A program made the translations under genes and the position numbers. Below are positions 1-12,647 of a stretch of DNA of 64,000 nt, one piece after another (position 1 is the first letter of the stretch; the number at the start of each line of letters is the position of its first letter). The notes under the pieces were generated by a model. The model saw only the letters and a list, made by a program, of their open reading frames with translations. It did no database searches and was not told the origin of the DNA. Location: the NCBI GenBank assembly GCA_903813345.2, contig CAIIXF020000001.1, positions 26,846,001-26,910,000 on the forward strand, written 5' to 3'. Source of the DNA: Owenia fusiformis. Its lineage: Eukaryota.

Positions 1-230
1 AACTAGGGTCGGTCGGGGTTCCGGAAACGGACATATATTTTTGTTTGGCCTAAATATTGAAAGATCTGTCTGAATTTTAGAGTTTTAATAAGTAATACGA
101 TGAACAGTGGTCATTCTCAGTTGTATGTTATATATTATTTACCTCGGAAGTAAGAAATCGGAAAATGGAAATTCCACTTCTATTAAGTAAGTGTAGAAGT
201 TACTCCGTCTCTTATGTCGACATTACCCAT

Positions 231-672
231 AGATACTAGTATTCCATAATTCCGCGGTGTGGACGGAATTTGACAAAACTTCAATTTTTTGCAGAATCCC
301 TGATTTTCATGAAAATCCCGCGGAATTACCAGAATTTCGAGAAATTACATATTTTACGATCTCCTACCTTTGCGGGGTATTTGAAGAGTGTCTGTTTATG
401 TCCAACAATCAATCATTATTGAGTACAAGTACGATTTCACCGTGAAATTCAACATTCTATCACGTTTAAATTCGCTAAAGCGAGTTCGCTAATGACGCAC
501 AGTTCTTACCTAGAAAGTAGCTGACTTTCGTTTCCGTTTTAAAAGATTGCAGAATTTGGACTTTTTTTGAAAATTTGTGCAGAATTTCGATTTTCTCCTT
601 GCAGAATTTTCTTTTTTTCTTGCAGAATTTTTTGCAGAATTTTGATTTTTTTCATGCAGAAAACTAGTATCT
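231..672. mobile_element. MITE-like element with internal GCAGAATT repeats
   Basis: AGATACTAGT / ACTAGTATCT inverted ends. Confidence 0.45.
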
Positions 673-1559
673 GTGATTACCCCACACGTCCACGTTACAC
701 CCCTTGGCCCTAGAATAAGTGTTTTATCTTTAGGTATGAGGTTCAATATCCATCCGCCAAAAGGTATGACCCCTATATAGTCCATTTAAAAACTTGTGGT
801 TTTGTTCTAAATAATGCCATAGTTGGCTTCTAGGGTACCTAGTATGCCACTCTTTGGTATCAAAATAAAGAGGAGTTCAACTTTCATTTGAATTACGAAA
901 ATAGCGATGTAGGTCAAAAATAGTTCCAACGTGAGCATGTTTACTACGCGTTTGCCCGTCATCTCAGGATTGAGGAAATGGTAGCAAACGCGAGTTACAA
1001 TAAATGGACACTGATATCTCAAAAAGTAACCTGACTCCTTATAATTTGATGTAGATCAATCGAACCCCTATATGAACAGGTACATTTTGATATATAACAC
1101 TATGGGGGTAAGCATTTTATAGTTGATCAGGAACGCCATATGTGCAAAGTATTGTTCTGAATTTTCGAATTTGGTGTTGGATTACGGTACTCATACCTTT
1201 ATGCCTCAAAATTTGGAAAGAGCAACATGTCATTCTTAGAAAAACAAACGTGCAAATTGAGAAAATGTTACACTAAGAGTATTTAAAATGTAAAAGAATT
1301 GAAAATTATCTTACAGATATCGTAATCATTTGAAATGAAAATTGTTGGTGAATTTTTCAGTTTTTTTTATAGCGTTTTCAAATAACTTAGATTTTCGTGA
1401 GTTCTGAGCATTGTTTATAAAAGATAAGATTCCAGACTAATTGCCTACATAAGTGAGACTTTATAAGATATCAAAGAAGCACTATATACTTACGATTAGT
1501 AGTGTATTTCACCAAAACAGAGAGCAAATCTTGCACGAGTTTGTAAAAATGACCGCCAT

Positions 1560-1625
1560 TCTCCAATAGCGTAAATCTCGCGAGATTTGTTCTGGACGAA
1601 ACATTATCAGTTTTGATTGGCCAAA
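1560..1625 (+). promoter_or_regulatory. Putative promoter of the AFAP1-like gene
   Basis: Locally CpG-richer. Palindrome AAATCTCGCGAGATTT (1573-1588) contains the TCTCGCGAGA promoter motif, flanked by CCAAT (1563) and ATTGG (1616). Lies about 150 bp upstream of the inferred start codon. Confidence 0.5.
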
Positions 1626-1756
1626 AGTTTGAGCAAGACCAAAGTTCAACAGAAACGAATATCGGATAAAAAAGTTGTTCTATATCATTCATGATGCTAA
1701 AATAAAGATATGCGAAAAGGATACTTGCTGCTTGATGTCGGACCGATACATTAAAT

Positions 1757-1787
1757 ATGTCAAAGTGCCCATTTGATGGTTTAAAGG
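1757..1787 (+). CDS. AFAP1: AFAP1-like adaptor, coding exon 1 (MSKCPFDGLK)
   Basis: ATG at 1757 and strong G|GTAAGT donor. Phase 1 joins exon 2 in frame (G+AT = Asp). Confidence 0.65.
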
Positions 1788-3207
1788 GTAAGTAATTTTG
1801 TTATCCAGTCACAGTGTTCTTTAATATTTTGAGATGGTCTTTTGAAAGTTCTTCAACATGTTTGATTATTCCCGGGTTTTATAAATAATAAGTAGATTTA
1901 ATTGAGATAAGTGAATATCTGATAAGATAATTGTTCAGAAAATTGTTAAGTTACTTATATTTGCCATTGTTATTTTATGTAATAAAATGCTGCTGTGCAT
2001 GATTTAATGTTTTTATTCTGACACTCACAATTCTCAAATGCGGATGACATTTGGGTAGGTGAAGGGCTGCGCCTGCACCCCCATACATATTTGGTACCAT
2101 ATGAAAAGTTTTGTCTTGCAAGCAGATGGAATAAAAGAAAAAGTTTGTAAATTAAATCACAAAAAATCATCTTTATTAATCATAGGACAAAATTTTCATA
2201 TTGCATGGCCTATGCATGCATATTGTTATCACAATAAGAAACTGAAATGCAAATTCAGCAGTCTAGAAAAGAGAAAAAAACAAAGAACGGCGGTTATGTA
2301 ATTCCTTGCATAATAAATATCCTTATGTAAGAACCTGATCCACAACACATATTCTTATTTTTCACACCGTTAATTTTAATTTGGTACCAATCAAACTGGC
2401 ATTAAAATGTGTACAGAGGGGGATGCAGCACTTTCCTTTATTTAGCACTTTTTGAGAAATTATCACCCACCTGTGTAATAATCCAGTGCCAGGACTATAG
2501 TATAGACGATAGTCCTGCTCCTGGATAAATGTGTACATATTATATCAGGCCAATGTCTCTGAATATTTAGAGCCTCGTCTTTCACAGATACATTTCGGAT
2601 TTTCAGTCCTCATACTTTTTTCCAAATTTTCCTTGGCACGCCTAAACTAATTTAGTGTGAAAACCCCAGAACAAAGTTCAGACATGGGCTTCTCTTTAAA
2701 GCCCCATGGTTCCATCCAATCTGCATTCATCAGATTTAGTCCAATTTTACAGACTGACCCCTTGTAGGCAAAGTAAGCATTTCTAATTGGAATATAGTTT
2801 GGACAATACACATTTTTAGTGTGGACTGAGACCAGAATTGAAAAACTCATTCATCTCATCAGCATTCAGAGCAGACTGGAAATGTGCAAACATATCCAGG
2901 TCATGATTCTACAGTCTTCCAGCTAAACTCCCATTGAGCTCTATTATAGGTTCTGACACACATAATTTGTCACTCAATGAAGTTGGCTCTCATGACTTTT
3001 ACATAATATCTACATGGAGCAATGTTTTGATTCCCATGTTTTGCTGCCATTTTTTCACTTCAGAATTTCTATAATGAGTTTTGATCTTTAATAAAATATA
3101 TTTCAAAACAACTGTAATGACTTCAGGGCACCCAAGGGAAATGACAAATTAATGAGCATAGTGTATCAAGCCAGATAAAAAATTGAAAGAAAGTGTGCTA
3201 AATTTGA

Positions 3208-3280
3208 TGCCCCATGTGGGAATCGAACCTACGACCCTTGGATCCAAAGACTGATGCTCTACCAACTGAGCTCTAAAGGC
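3208..3280 (-). pseudogene. tRNA-derived relic (Lys-like) or SINE head
   Basis: A box AGCTCAGTTGGTAGAGC and B box GGTTCGATTCC are present, but acceptor and anticodon stems are mismatched. Confidence 0.6.
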
Positions 3281-6200
3281 TTAAGCCACTACAGCTGGGC
3301 CGTAGTAGCAACTTGCTATCAAGGGTCGTTACACAACCAAGTGATCAGAGCATCAGTTCAAATCTGATTGATTTTATGAATTTATAGATAGTAAGACAGT
3401 AAGAATTCCTTTCAATAAGGAACAAGGAACAGTGTTTTAGGGCAAGTATTATAAATTAGACCCGCAAAGAAAATGAAAAATTGGTTAAACTGTACATCCT
3501 ATTATTGTATGATCTGTAAAATGAAGCCCTTTGATTGGTCAGTTCTTGTGCTGTGCCAATCTGTATTGCAACTGGCAGTGGCGTAGCTATATTTACACCA
3601 AGTATGCACAGGTTTACTCTCCATAAAAATGTTATAGAATGATTTGAAGTGCAATACAGATATTCTGCTCTTGATACTTTGTATTGGCACTCAACTTCGT
3701 CTCGTGCCAATACAGAATTTCTCGAGTATAATATATGCTGTATTGCACAAGATGTGATTGATCAAGGTTGACTGAAACATGAAAGTTATATACAGGCATA
3801 TGAACTCTGTCTCCTTAAAGGTATCAATAGTCATAGAATGACACATCAAGCTCAACAAAACACAAACTTTTCATGTTGTAGAATATCCCATGTCCATGAA
3901 AGATAAAAGGATTTTATCTATGGCTCCCTGGATCCAGACTAACCAGACCTTTTCCCTGTATGGTCTTCTTTAAAATAAACAACATAGAACATAAAAATTC
4001 AAAATTAAACGATGGGCTTTTAACATGTTTAATTTTTTTTCTCATTGATTTTGAAGGATGACATAATTATACAAATCAGTGCCTATATTTGTAACATTTC
4101 TGTTAGTTTTGTCTGTTTTGTTTGTTTTGTCAGTTGAATTTTGACCAGTTTATAGTACTGTGGAAATGCTAACAGGAACAAGAAAGTCCCGTCTACAAAG
4201 TTTAAATGAATAATGTAAAATGTTTAGCCAATCATCATTACATATTGTTGTTAGTAATAGATAACAAATTACAGGAATATCATAATAATTAACTCGCAGT
4301 AAAGTTCTTATTTATAGGCCCTTCAGGGAATTTATCTGTGTATTTGATTTGCTATCTGTTAGTTATTGTGGTCCATCAGCACTTCACTGTTACTAAAGCG
4401 AACCAGGTTTTCTGCCATAAAGTAAATGACTCAAATTGATGGAATTAGATTGATGTGAGCCCCGGAACCTCAATGTTGTTGTTATCAGATAATTGTGAAG
4501 ATTATTTGTATGAAGTGTTGTCATGTAAGAGAAATGTTAATGAGATTACAAGAGGATATAGGATAAAACAAAATGAAAGAGGATTTTGTCTGGTTTTGTA
4601 AAAATCACCATATTGAATAAGGAAAGGGATTTTAAATATTAAAGATGTAGTTACTATATGAAAACAAAGTCTGAAGGAATGTTTGAACGTGAAGAAGGAA
4701 GTGGAAAGGAAAACTTATAAATCAAAAAATAAATAAAATTCAAAATGAGCAAATATTCAAAATATTGAATATATCAAATGAGCTATTAAAGTTTGAACCT
4801 TATCAAGTTTTCTCATGTAACCAGATTTTGTTAAGTTGTTCACAGGTGTAAATTCTAAAAGGATTAACTTTGAGCGCAATCTACATAGTACAGTGACATT
4901 TTTCCTGTTTACCTATCAGATAAGGGACATTTTATAAGGAAACGACATAATGCAGCAGGAAAGTAAATATCGCTATACGAGGAATTATATAGATACTCAA
5001 AATGTCATTAACTATTTGAAGATAGTTATTGCTAAAATCCGTAAAACAACAACTAATATGCAAGGTATTAGAATTGTTTGTTATTTACGCACATTTTTTA
5101 TTGTTATAATTGTGTTGTTTATTACATTTATATATTAACCTTGACCCATAAATGTGACCTTGAATTTTATTGACCCAAATGATTTAATGTAACCTTGTAG
5201 TTATATATTTGATTAATGAAAGAACTGTGATTCTTAGTATGTTATTCGTTAATACATGCTCTTTTTGAGTTTGGAAAATGCCCAAAATCATCATTTTCAG
5301 GATCCTTAAAATTCAAAATTCATGTTGAGGTAATCATCCTTACAAATGCTTATATATAAGTTTCTCAGAATGGGAGACTACAAATCAGTATTTTTTGTCA
5401 ATAGACCTGCAACCTTCAACCCTAATACATGTTCAAAATATATGTTGTCCATATGACAAAAACAATTTAGCTTCCCAATACTAGCCTAATTACACTTTTA
5501 ATTAGGTGCTATAAATTATAAATACCCATCATTGATCAATGAGAAAATGATTAACAATAACTTTTCAACAATACCTAGATATTAAATTGATAGGCATATT
5601 TTCAAATCCTGAATTTGAAAAGTAATTTTTATTATGGTGCAAGTCACATTTAGAAAATTTGAGTCAACATGATTATCAAAATTGAGCCACTAGTTGACAA
5701 AAAGATGCATCTTTTGGTGTCATGTTTTCAAAAAAATGAATGAAGAAGATTGTGTATTTAAAATGTTTAAAAGTCAATGCAAAACATTTTCCTTTTTGTA
5801 AAAACATTTCATATATTTTTTTGTGCATGATAAAATCAAATGAATTTTGTATTTTGGTGTCTTGTTTTTAGGCCCTTACGAGTATATTTTTTGAAGCTAT
5901 AATGAATTTTAAGTGGAAGGTGAATGTGAAGGTGACCTGATTTTAAAATATTCTACAAAGATATCTGTCAAAATGATAAATTTCAAGTCAAGAAAAATGT
6001 GTTACTCAGGAGTTCTTTGATAACTGGCAGGAATCACATTTATATGTATTTAGTAAACAAATGCCATTTGAAAGTGTAAACAAGTACATTTACAATATCT
6101 ATAATTAGACAGTTAGATGTTGGGGTACATGTAATTAAAATATATGACTTGAAATTAAAGATACAGATGTGCTTGCAACATTTGGTTAATATTGATGTCA

Positions 6201-6926
6201 TAAACAATCCATTATAATAACTTACAAATATACTACAACTTCAGCTATAAGGGATAGTTGATTGTTTTGCAAATCAGAGAATTTATTAAAACAAATGAAT
6301 CTAATACTTATTAAAAATACTATTTCTTTGTATCAATAGTATGAACAATTTTTAATTTTTTGAAAACTTTCTTTGCATACCAGTTTTCGGTTCTCAACAA
6401 TTTAATTTTAATTAAATTAACTTAATTGAATCACTTAAAATTGATAGATATGGTATTTAAAAGTTATTTCATGTTACTCAGGGTCCTGGATTTGAACAAA
6501 TATAGGATATGTGTGGAATTGTATTTTGAAAGAGTTTTTTTTTGTTAACACAGTGCCCCTTTCAATATAATCTGTACTTTTATTTTTTATATACCTCAAG
6601 TAGGTTATTTTATGTTTTCAAGTTAATTGAAATGTGTCAAAATGAAAAAGATTGCCTTGACCTTTAGCTGTTGAAGTGGAGTCTCCATAATTACAATCTT
6701 GTCATAGAATCCTTATTTGTCTGATTTTAATAAAAAGTAAAAAGTACAAGAAATTGATATCACAACAATTTTAAATTAAATGTTCTTAGATTTAACCCCA
6801 CATAATCACTGACAACAGATTGTTGTCAAGACAACAAAAATAGGTAGATTAAGCATTGTAGCAATTCAGTTGTCAAGGACCGATGGTGTCAGTTATTTAC
6901 TCAATAGGAACAGATCACTTAGACAG

Positions 6927-7237
6927 CAAGGAGTTTTGGCTCCCAGAATTAAAGTTAATATTTTCCTACAATGAAAACGCTGAAATGTCATTATTTTCTG
7001 AAATTTTGACCGATTATAAATAATATTCATTAAATAAACAATTTAAAAGATTCAAACCAATATCTCGATAATTTCTTCTGAGTTTTGGAATTTTTCGTTA
7101 GGAAATAAGACCAAAATTCACGTTTCAAATGTGGAAGTGAACAAAATGGCGGCTGTTAGAATTCAAATTTTGAAGCGTGACATTGCCATATATGGGAGAG
7201 AATATCAATGTTGCACTCTGGGAGCCAATCCTCCTTG
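6927..7237. mobile_element. MITE-like element
   Basis: AGCAAGGAGTTTTGGCTCCCAGA vs TCTGGGAGCCAATCCTCCTTGCT inverted pair; ends approximate. Confidence 0.55.
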
Positions 7238-7893
7238 CTTAGACCCCATTAAATATGTCACATGGTATGCTTATAATGACATCACACTGCATTCATATGG
7301 CTGATATATACAGATACCTCAAAAAAGCTAGAAACAGACCGTGTTCTGAATTCTGGTAAGGTGGTTTACCTCAACACATTCATTATTAAATGATTTGATT
7401 CTTTTCGGTAAAATTACCATTTCACATGGCCTTTAATAAAAAACAAGTGTTTTGTAATGATATCATCTTTAACCTGTTGATCTACATCCCCTATATTCCA
7501 ACATATGGACCAATTCAATTATACATAGTTAGAATATTCAAATAACTTAATGCCATACTATACACATTTTTTAAATACTCTTTTCAGTGTGTGAATGTCG
7601 AATAGGAGGTCTTATACATCAAAAACTAATATGTTATTTCTAAAAGAAAACTGAAATATAATTTCAAAGAATAGCGTCTTTTTGCCTATAATTATGTGAG
7701 TCACAGCAAACTTTAAGAAACATCTACTCAAAGCACAAAATTAATCAATTTTTAACATGGATTTATATAACTATAACTGCTCAGAAAACCACAGATTTGA
7801 AATAAATAGAATATTGGTGGCTTTACATGCTGTATTGTCAGGTAAGAATGTCACACAATTATAATATTCAGTGTTGATTTTTTTTTAACATAT

Positions 7894-10206
7894 TGTCGCG
7901 CCTGGGCCGTCTCACCGAGCACCCTGTATACTGGGGAAAGGCCTGGGACGACGAAAAGGGATCTTTGGAGGTGTTTCAAGGGTGTCGACCTGGTTTGGTG
8001 GTACGACAGTTACCAATAGAAGATGGCTCCACAAAACAATTATGTACAGGGTTTTTATAATCTATTCTAACATAAGTTTTTACAATATAATAACAAAATG
8101 TCCATATAATATACAAGTTTCTCTTCAAGAGTCGTCTCTGCTCTGGAGCTTGTTTAGCACTAAGAGTCACTGCGTCTCTCTATGTTCTCCTCTTGTAGTT
8201 TGTTCAGCTCTAGGAGTCACTACGTCTCTTAATCTTCTGTATGGAGTTTGTTCAGCTTAAGGAGCAACCTCAGCTCCGGGAGTCACTTCGTCTCTGGGGA
8301 AACCACGCAAACTCTCTCTCTTGGAAGAGTACCAGCCTCTAGAGCACTCTCTGTTTGGGAGTCGCCACTTCTCGATAAAAACCTCTGCTCTTGAACGATT
8401 CACACGCTCGGAGTATCTCAGCTCGGAGTCGTCTCGTCTCAAGAGAAATCAACGCAAACTCTGTGTCTCTTGGAGCACCTCAGTTCCGGTAGTGTAACTA
8501 TGGCTCCAATCACAACTCTGTCTCTTGGAAGGGGTCCAGGCTCTGGAGCAACCTCTGCTCGGGAGTCGCCACTTCTCGGGAAAACCTCTGCTCTTGAACG
8601 AGATTCACACGCTCGGAGTATCTTCAACTCGGAGTCCTCTCGTCTTAAGCGAAACCAAATAAACTCTGTCTCTGGAAGGGGTCCAGGCTCTGGAGCACTC
8701 TGCTCGGGAGTCGCCACTTCACAGGAGAAACCTCGTCACCCTCTACAGAGAAATAACACCTCTGGAATGTCAATCAGATGGTGAGATTAGACCAGAGCTG
8801 CTACTTCTCGATCTCGGAGTACCTTAGTTCCGGTGGAGTAACCTCGGCTCCAATGGAATAAACCTTGCAACATAGAAATACCTTGGTTCCAGTAGTGTAA
8901 CCTCAGTATCTAACTTCTGGAGGAGTCAAATCACCTCGGAGGGTACATCAAGTTCAGCAACTTGTATCAATTTCGGATCATCAATAACTCGGAGGAGGAG
9001 AAGAAGCAACTCACGAATATCGATCATTAAACTGAGATTAGACGGAGTTGTATTCTCAACCCTCGGAGCAGATTCCACTCTAGAATAGATGGAGGAGTAA
9101 GCACTCGGAGCAGTGAGTCCTCAGAGTAGGTATGGCTCTCAACTAGATGGAGGAGTAATCACTCGGAGCTGGCAATCCTCGGAGTAGGTATGGCTCTCAA
9201 CTAGATGGAGGAGTAATCACTCGGAGCTGGCAATCCTCGGAGTAGATACAACTCTCGAATATCAATCACAACGGAGATTAGACAGAGCTGTAACTACTCG
9301 GACCAAATATAGCTCAGAGGAGATATAACACTTAAATAATTGGAGGAGTAATGACTCGGAGCAGTGAGTCCTCGGAGCAGATATGACTCTTGAATATCAA
9401 TCAAACTGAGATTAGACAAGAGCCATAATTACTCGGAGCTGGCGATCCTCGGAGCAAATGGAGGAGTAATGACTCGGAGCAGTGACCTCTCGGAGCAGAC
9501 GCGACTCTCGAATATCAATCAAACTGAGATTAGACAAGAGTTGTAACTACTCAGAGAAGGAATCACTCCTTAAAATGGCGTCACTTCCGTAAAAAATAAA
9601 GATGGCCGACCGCAGGGAACTCTGGGAAGAAGAAATCAAAATGGCGGACGGCAATATGGCGTCAAACTCAATAATCAAATTGTCACTCACCAAAGAACTA
9701 TCTATTGTCTTGTCTTTTCCTCAATTGTCGCAACGCACGCAATTTACATCAAGCAATAGCAGCAAATAGTCAAATAATATCCAAATATAATCCACAGTTG
9801 TAATCAGCCACGCTCGCACATAAAATGCCCCAAACTGACGAGGTCCTGCTTGTACAAAATCTTGGTAAGCTCTGATTTACAGGTCACTTTCTCACACTAA
9901 AATCCAGACACCTCAAGTTGCATCATGGGAAAATACAACATAAGTTGGCGGTAAATTCAAATGAAGCCATCTGATTGGTTGAGCTCTGTTGCTGAGTGCC
10001 TAATTATGCAAATTTATTCCAAGGCCGTCGGCTGATTCAGTAAACATCCAAGTGCCTAGATGAGATTCTGTACGTAGACACTTTACAATACAATTCTTTA
10101 ATTACAGTGGACAGAACATGAAATAAAGATGAAATAACATAAAACCCAGTAAAATAAACGTTTCACAAACCCTAGTACTACTCAGGGGGAATTAAAAATT
10201 CCCACA
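7894..10206 (-). repeat. 3' LTR (2313 bp)
   Basis: Direct repeat of 13657-15967. By eye I found only a 2-bp indel near 8441 and a substitution near 9801. Confidence 0.95.
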
Positions 10207-10217
10207 CTCCCCCCTAC
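10207..10217 (-). other. Polypurine tract
   Basis: Minus strand GTAGGGGGGAG lies immediately before the TGTGGG start of the 3' LTR. Confidence 0.85.
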
Positions 10218-10448
10218 TAAGATTGATCGCCCACGATCACACAATATAAACTCAACTTCTACAAAAATACATAGAGAGCTCGAGCACCTCTTACAAAATA
10301 ATTACAAGTAAAGAGCTCACTTAGCTCCTTTCAAAAAGTTACACAATTATAATCAATACTCGCTCAATCAACAGTCTATCTACACTCGTCTACTATCTAA
10401 ACTACTATCTATCTACACTTTGTATTGTATTATTTATTCAAAGAGTCA

Positions 10449-12647
10449 CTAGGCCTCTGTCGTCGCCCCTCTGCCATGCACTTGGGAGAGCCTCATTGGC
10501 TCCTCAGATGAGTCAACTCTTCTCCAGTTCATCTTGTCTCTATCAGCACAACAAACTGGCAAGTATGTCGGCTGTCTTCTTTGACAAATGGGTCTCGCTC
10601 GGTAATGTAGTCTTTCTTCTCGCTGCTCACTTGATACCCCTCTTGGTTTGTAGGCTCGCCTCTCTCTTGTCAACTCGCTATCACTCGACCGTCTTGCCCC
10701 CCTACTTGACATTCCCTTCTCAAGGAGTGTAGGTCTTTCTCGGCTGTCTACTAGGACTCTAGGTTCCTCAGCTCCCACCTTAGGTCTATTGGAGGCATCT
10801 CGGCTCTTTACATCAAGAGAGTCATCTTCGCTCTTCTTCCTATTCTGGAGCCTAGTGATATCTCCAGCCTCAAGATTTGTTGGATCATCCTTCTTCTGCT
10901 TTCTTCTTCGTCTCTTCCTTCTATTCTGGAAGGGAATAACAAAGGTTCTTGGCTCCTTGGACCTCTCTTCTCGGGAGCTACTACAGCTCTGGATTCCTTC
11001 TCTGTTTGAGTCATGAAAGCTCATCTGTAAGGAGCCGTAATGGATCTCAGCCTTGCTAGCCAATAGATAGTCAGTACCCAAGATCCCATCTTGGCTAATT
11101 TCGGCCACCACTATCTCCAAAGAGGTCTTCCTCCCATCTAACTTCACTTCCATGAAGCACGAGCCATAAACTGCTATGGGAGAACCATCTGCTTGGACCA
11201 ATACATCTTTGGCTGGTTTCAGTTGTGGTCTCTTCTGGTAGTTGATTCGATTGAAGCTGTGTAGACTCATCAAAGACACCGCTGACCCTGTGTCTACTAG
11301 GCACTTAACAGGAGCTCCACACAGCTCAACGACAGCCACTATCTTCTGAGCAGATTCAGCTCTCTTAGGATCTTCCACCGCTCGACCCCTGGCATCAAGG
11401 AAACATACTGGGTGGATCCCTGGAGCATCTCCACTCTTCTTTGGTTTAGGACAATCAATGGAGAGGTGCCCTGGCTCTGAGCAATTATAGCAGGTGACTA
11501 GAGGACATCTTCTCACAATGTGCCCTTCCTCTCCACATCTTCTACAAGTAATAGTTCGAGGAGCTCGGGGTTCTCTTTGCTCTTTGAAGAGCTGTAACGC
11601 ATCATCTATCTCCTTCATCATCTCCGCCTTCATATCCTCCATCATCTTGAAAAGCTTTTCCTCCACAGGGTCGCTAGTCACAACTGAGATGTGATGGTTC
11701 AATTGTTTTGGCTTGAGTCCCCTTCGGATACGTTCCGACTCTTGGTAAGCTTCCTCCTTCTGGGCTTCTTCAATTGCCTGGTCGAGAGATTTTGGATCCC
11801 TACGATGGACTGCGGCTCTCACTTCATCATCGGTGATAGCATTTTCGAAGCTCCGTCTTGCCAATCTATCCTGAGAGGAACGGGGCATCTCCGGAAAGGC
11901 CAAGGCAGCTAACCTCCTAATACTTTGCCCCAAACTCTGTAAGGACTCCTTTGGCTTCCGGACTCTAGTGTTAAGCTCGGCTTCGTACATAGAGGCTTTG
12001 TCCCCTGGTCCAAATCTTTTGGTTAAGGCCTCTAAAAGATCACCATAAGTGTGTCCTTCTTCTAACTCTTGGACCAGCTGCTGAGCATCACCCCTCAATT
12101 GGTTGGTGAGATTCTGCCTCTTTTCCTCGTCATTCCATCTATTGCTTTCAATACAATTCTGGAAGTGGGCTTTGTAGTCAAGCCAGGGAGTTTTGCCATC
12201 AAATAGTTGGGTTGGCTTGATTTTAGTCTTCCTTCCCTGCTGCGCTGACTCCAAGGCCTTCCCACACATATCCATAGCTTTCTCAGCTAGTTTCACCATT
12301 GCCTGCTCATGGTTACTATTGGAGCTCTCTGCTCTCCTTTCCTCTGCTATTGGATGAGCCCTAAGGCTCTCTGGAGGAACTTCCACTCTACGAGATGTGG
12401 ATGGTTCTTGTTGAAGCCCTGTAGTAGTATCCCTTCTATTAGTATTTGACACATTGAGCTTCTCTGGCTCTGCTTCGACATAAGGCTCTGGAGGTAATCT
12501 GGCTCCAGATTGATTCCATCGACCAGTAAGTGGTTCCTCTCCAGACATGCGAGTGAGCTGGTTTGGATCCAACCTTGTGAGCTGAGGAGCCTCATGTCCT
12601 CTAGTCTTTGGAGACAGAGCGCTTCTATCTCGCTGCAAATCAACATC
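10449..12647 (-). CDS. gag: Gag (capsid, two CCHC knuckles) plus aspartic protease and basic tail
   Basis: FDGKTPWLDYKAHF capsid-like motif, CRRCGEEGHIVRRC and CYNCSEPGHLSIDC knuckles, LVDTGSAVS and ILGTDYL protease motifs. No YxDD or integrase motifs. Confidence 0.9.
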   Translation of the reverse strand, partial: DVDLQRDRSALSPKTRGHEAPQLTRLDPNQLTRMSGEEPLTGRWNQSGARLPPEPYVEAEPEKLNVSNTNRRDTTTGLQQEPSTSRRVEVPPESLRAHPIAEERRAESSNSNHEQAMVKLAEKAMDMCGKALESAQQGRKTKIKPTQLFDGKTPWLDYKAHFQNCIESNRWNDEEKRQNLTNQLRGDAQQLVQELEEGHTYGDLLEALTKRFGPGDKASMYEAELNTRVRKPKESLQSLGQSIRRLAALAFPEMPRSSQDRLARRSFENAITDDEVRAAVHRRDPKSLDQAIEEAQKEEAYQESERIRRGLKPKQLNHHISVVTSDPVEEKLFKMMEDMKAEMMKEIDDALQLFKEQREPRAPRTITCRRCGEEGHIVRRCPLVTCYNCSEPGHLSIDCPKPKKSGDAPGIHPVCFLDARGRAVEDPKRAESAQKIVAVVELCGAPVKCLVDTGSAVSLMSLHSFNRINYQKRPQLKPAKDVLVQADGSPIAVYGSCFMEVKLDGRKTSLEIVVAEISQDGILGTDYLLASKAEIHYGSLQMSFHDSNREGIQSCSSSREERSKEPRTFVIPFQNRRKRRRRKQKKDDPTNLEAGDITRLQNRKKSEDDSLDVKSRDASNRPKVGAEEPRVLVDSRERPTLLEKGMSSRGARRSSDSELTRERRAYKPRGVSSEQREERLHYRARPICQRRQPTYLPVCCADRDKMNWRRVDSSEEPMRLSQVHGRGATTEA

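Noticed and set aside
3208-3280. Functional tRNA gene
   Set aside because: Anticodon and acceptor stems do not pair adequately.
7976-8784. Short ORFs inside the LTRs (also 13382-14545)
   Set aside because: Mostly non-ATG starts in repetitive sequence, and the 2-bp indel between the LTRs changes them.
9835-9865. Hammerhead ribozyme core (CTGACGAG) in the LTR, as in retrozymes
   Set aside because: No closing stem II followed by GAAA, and no matching cleavage-site arm was found.
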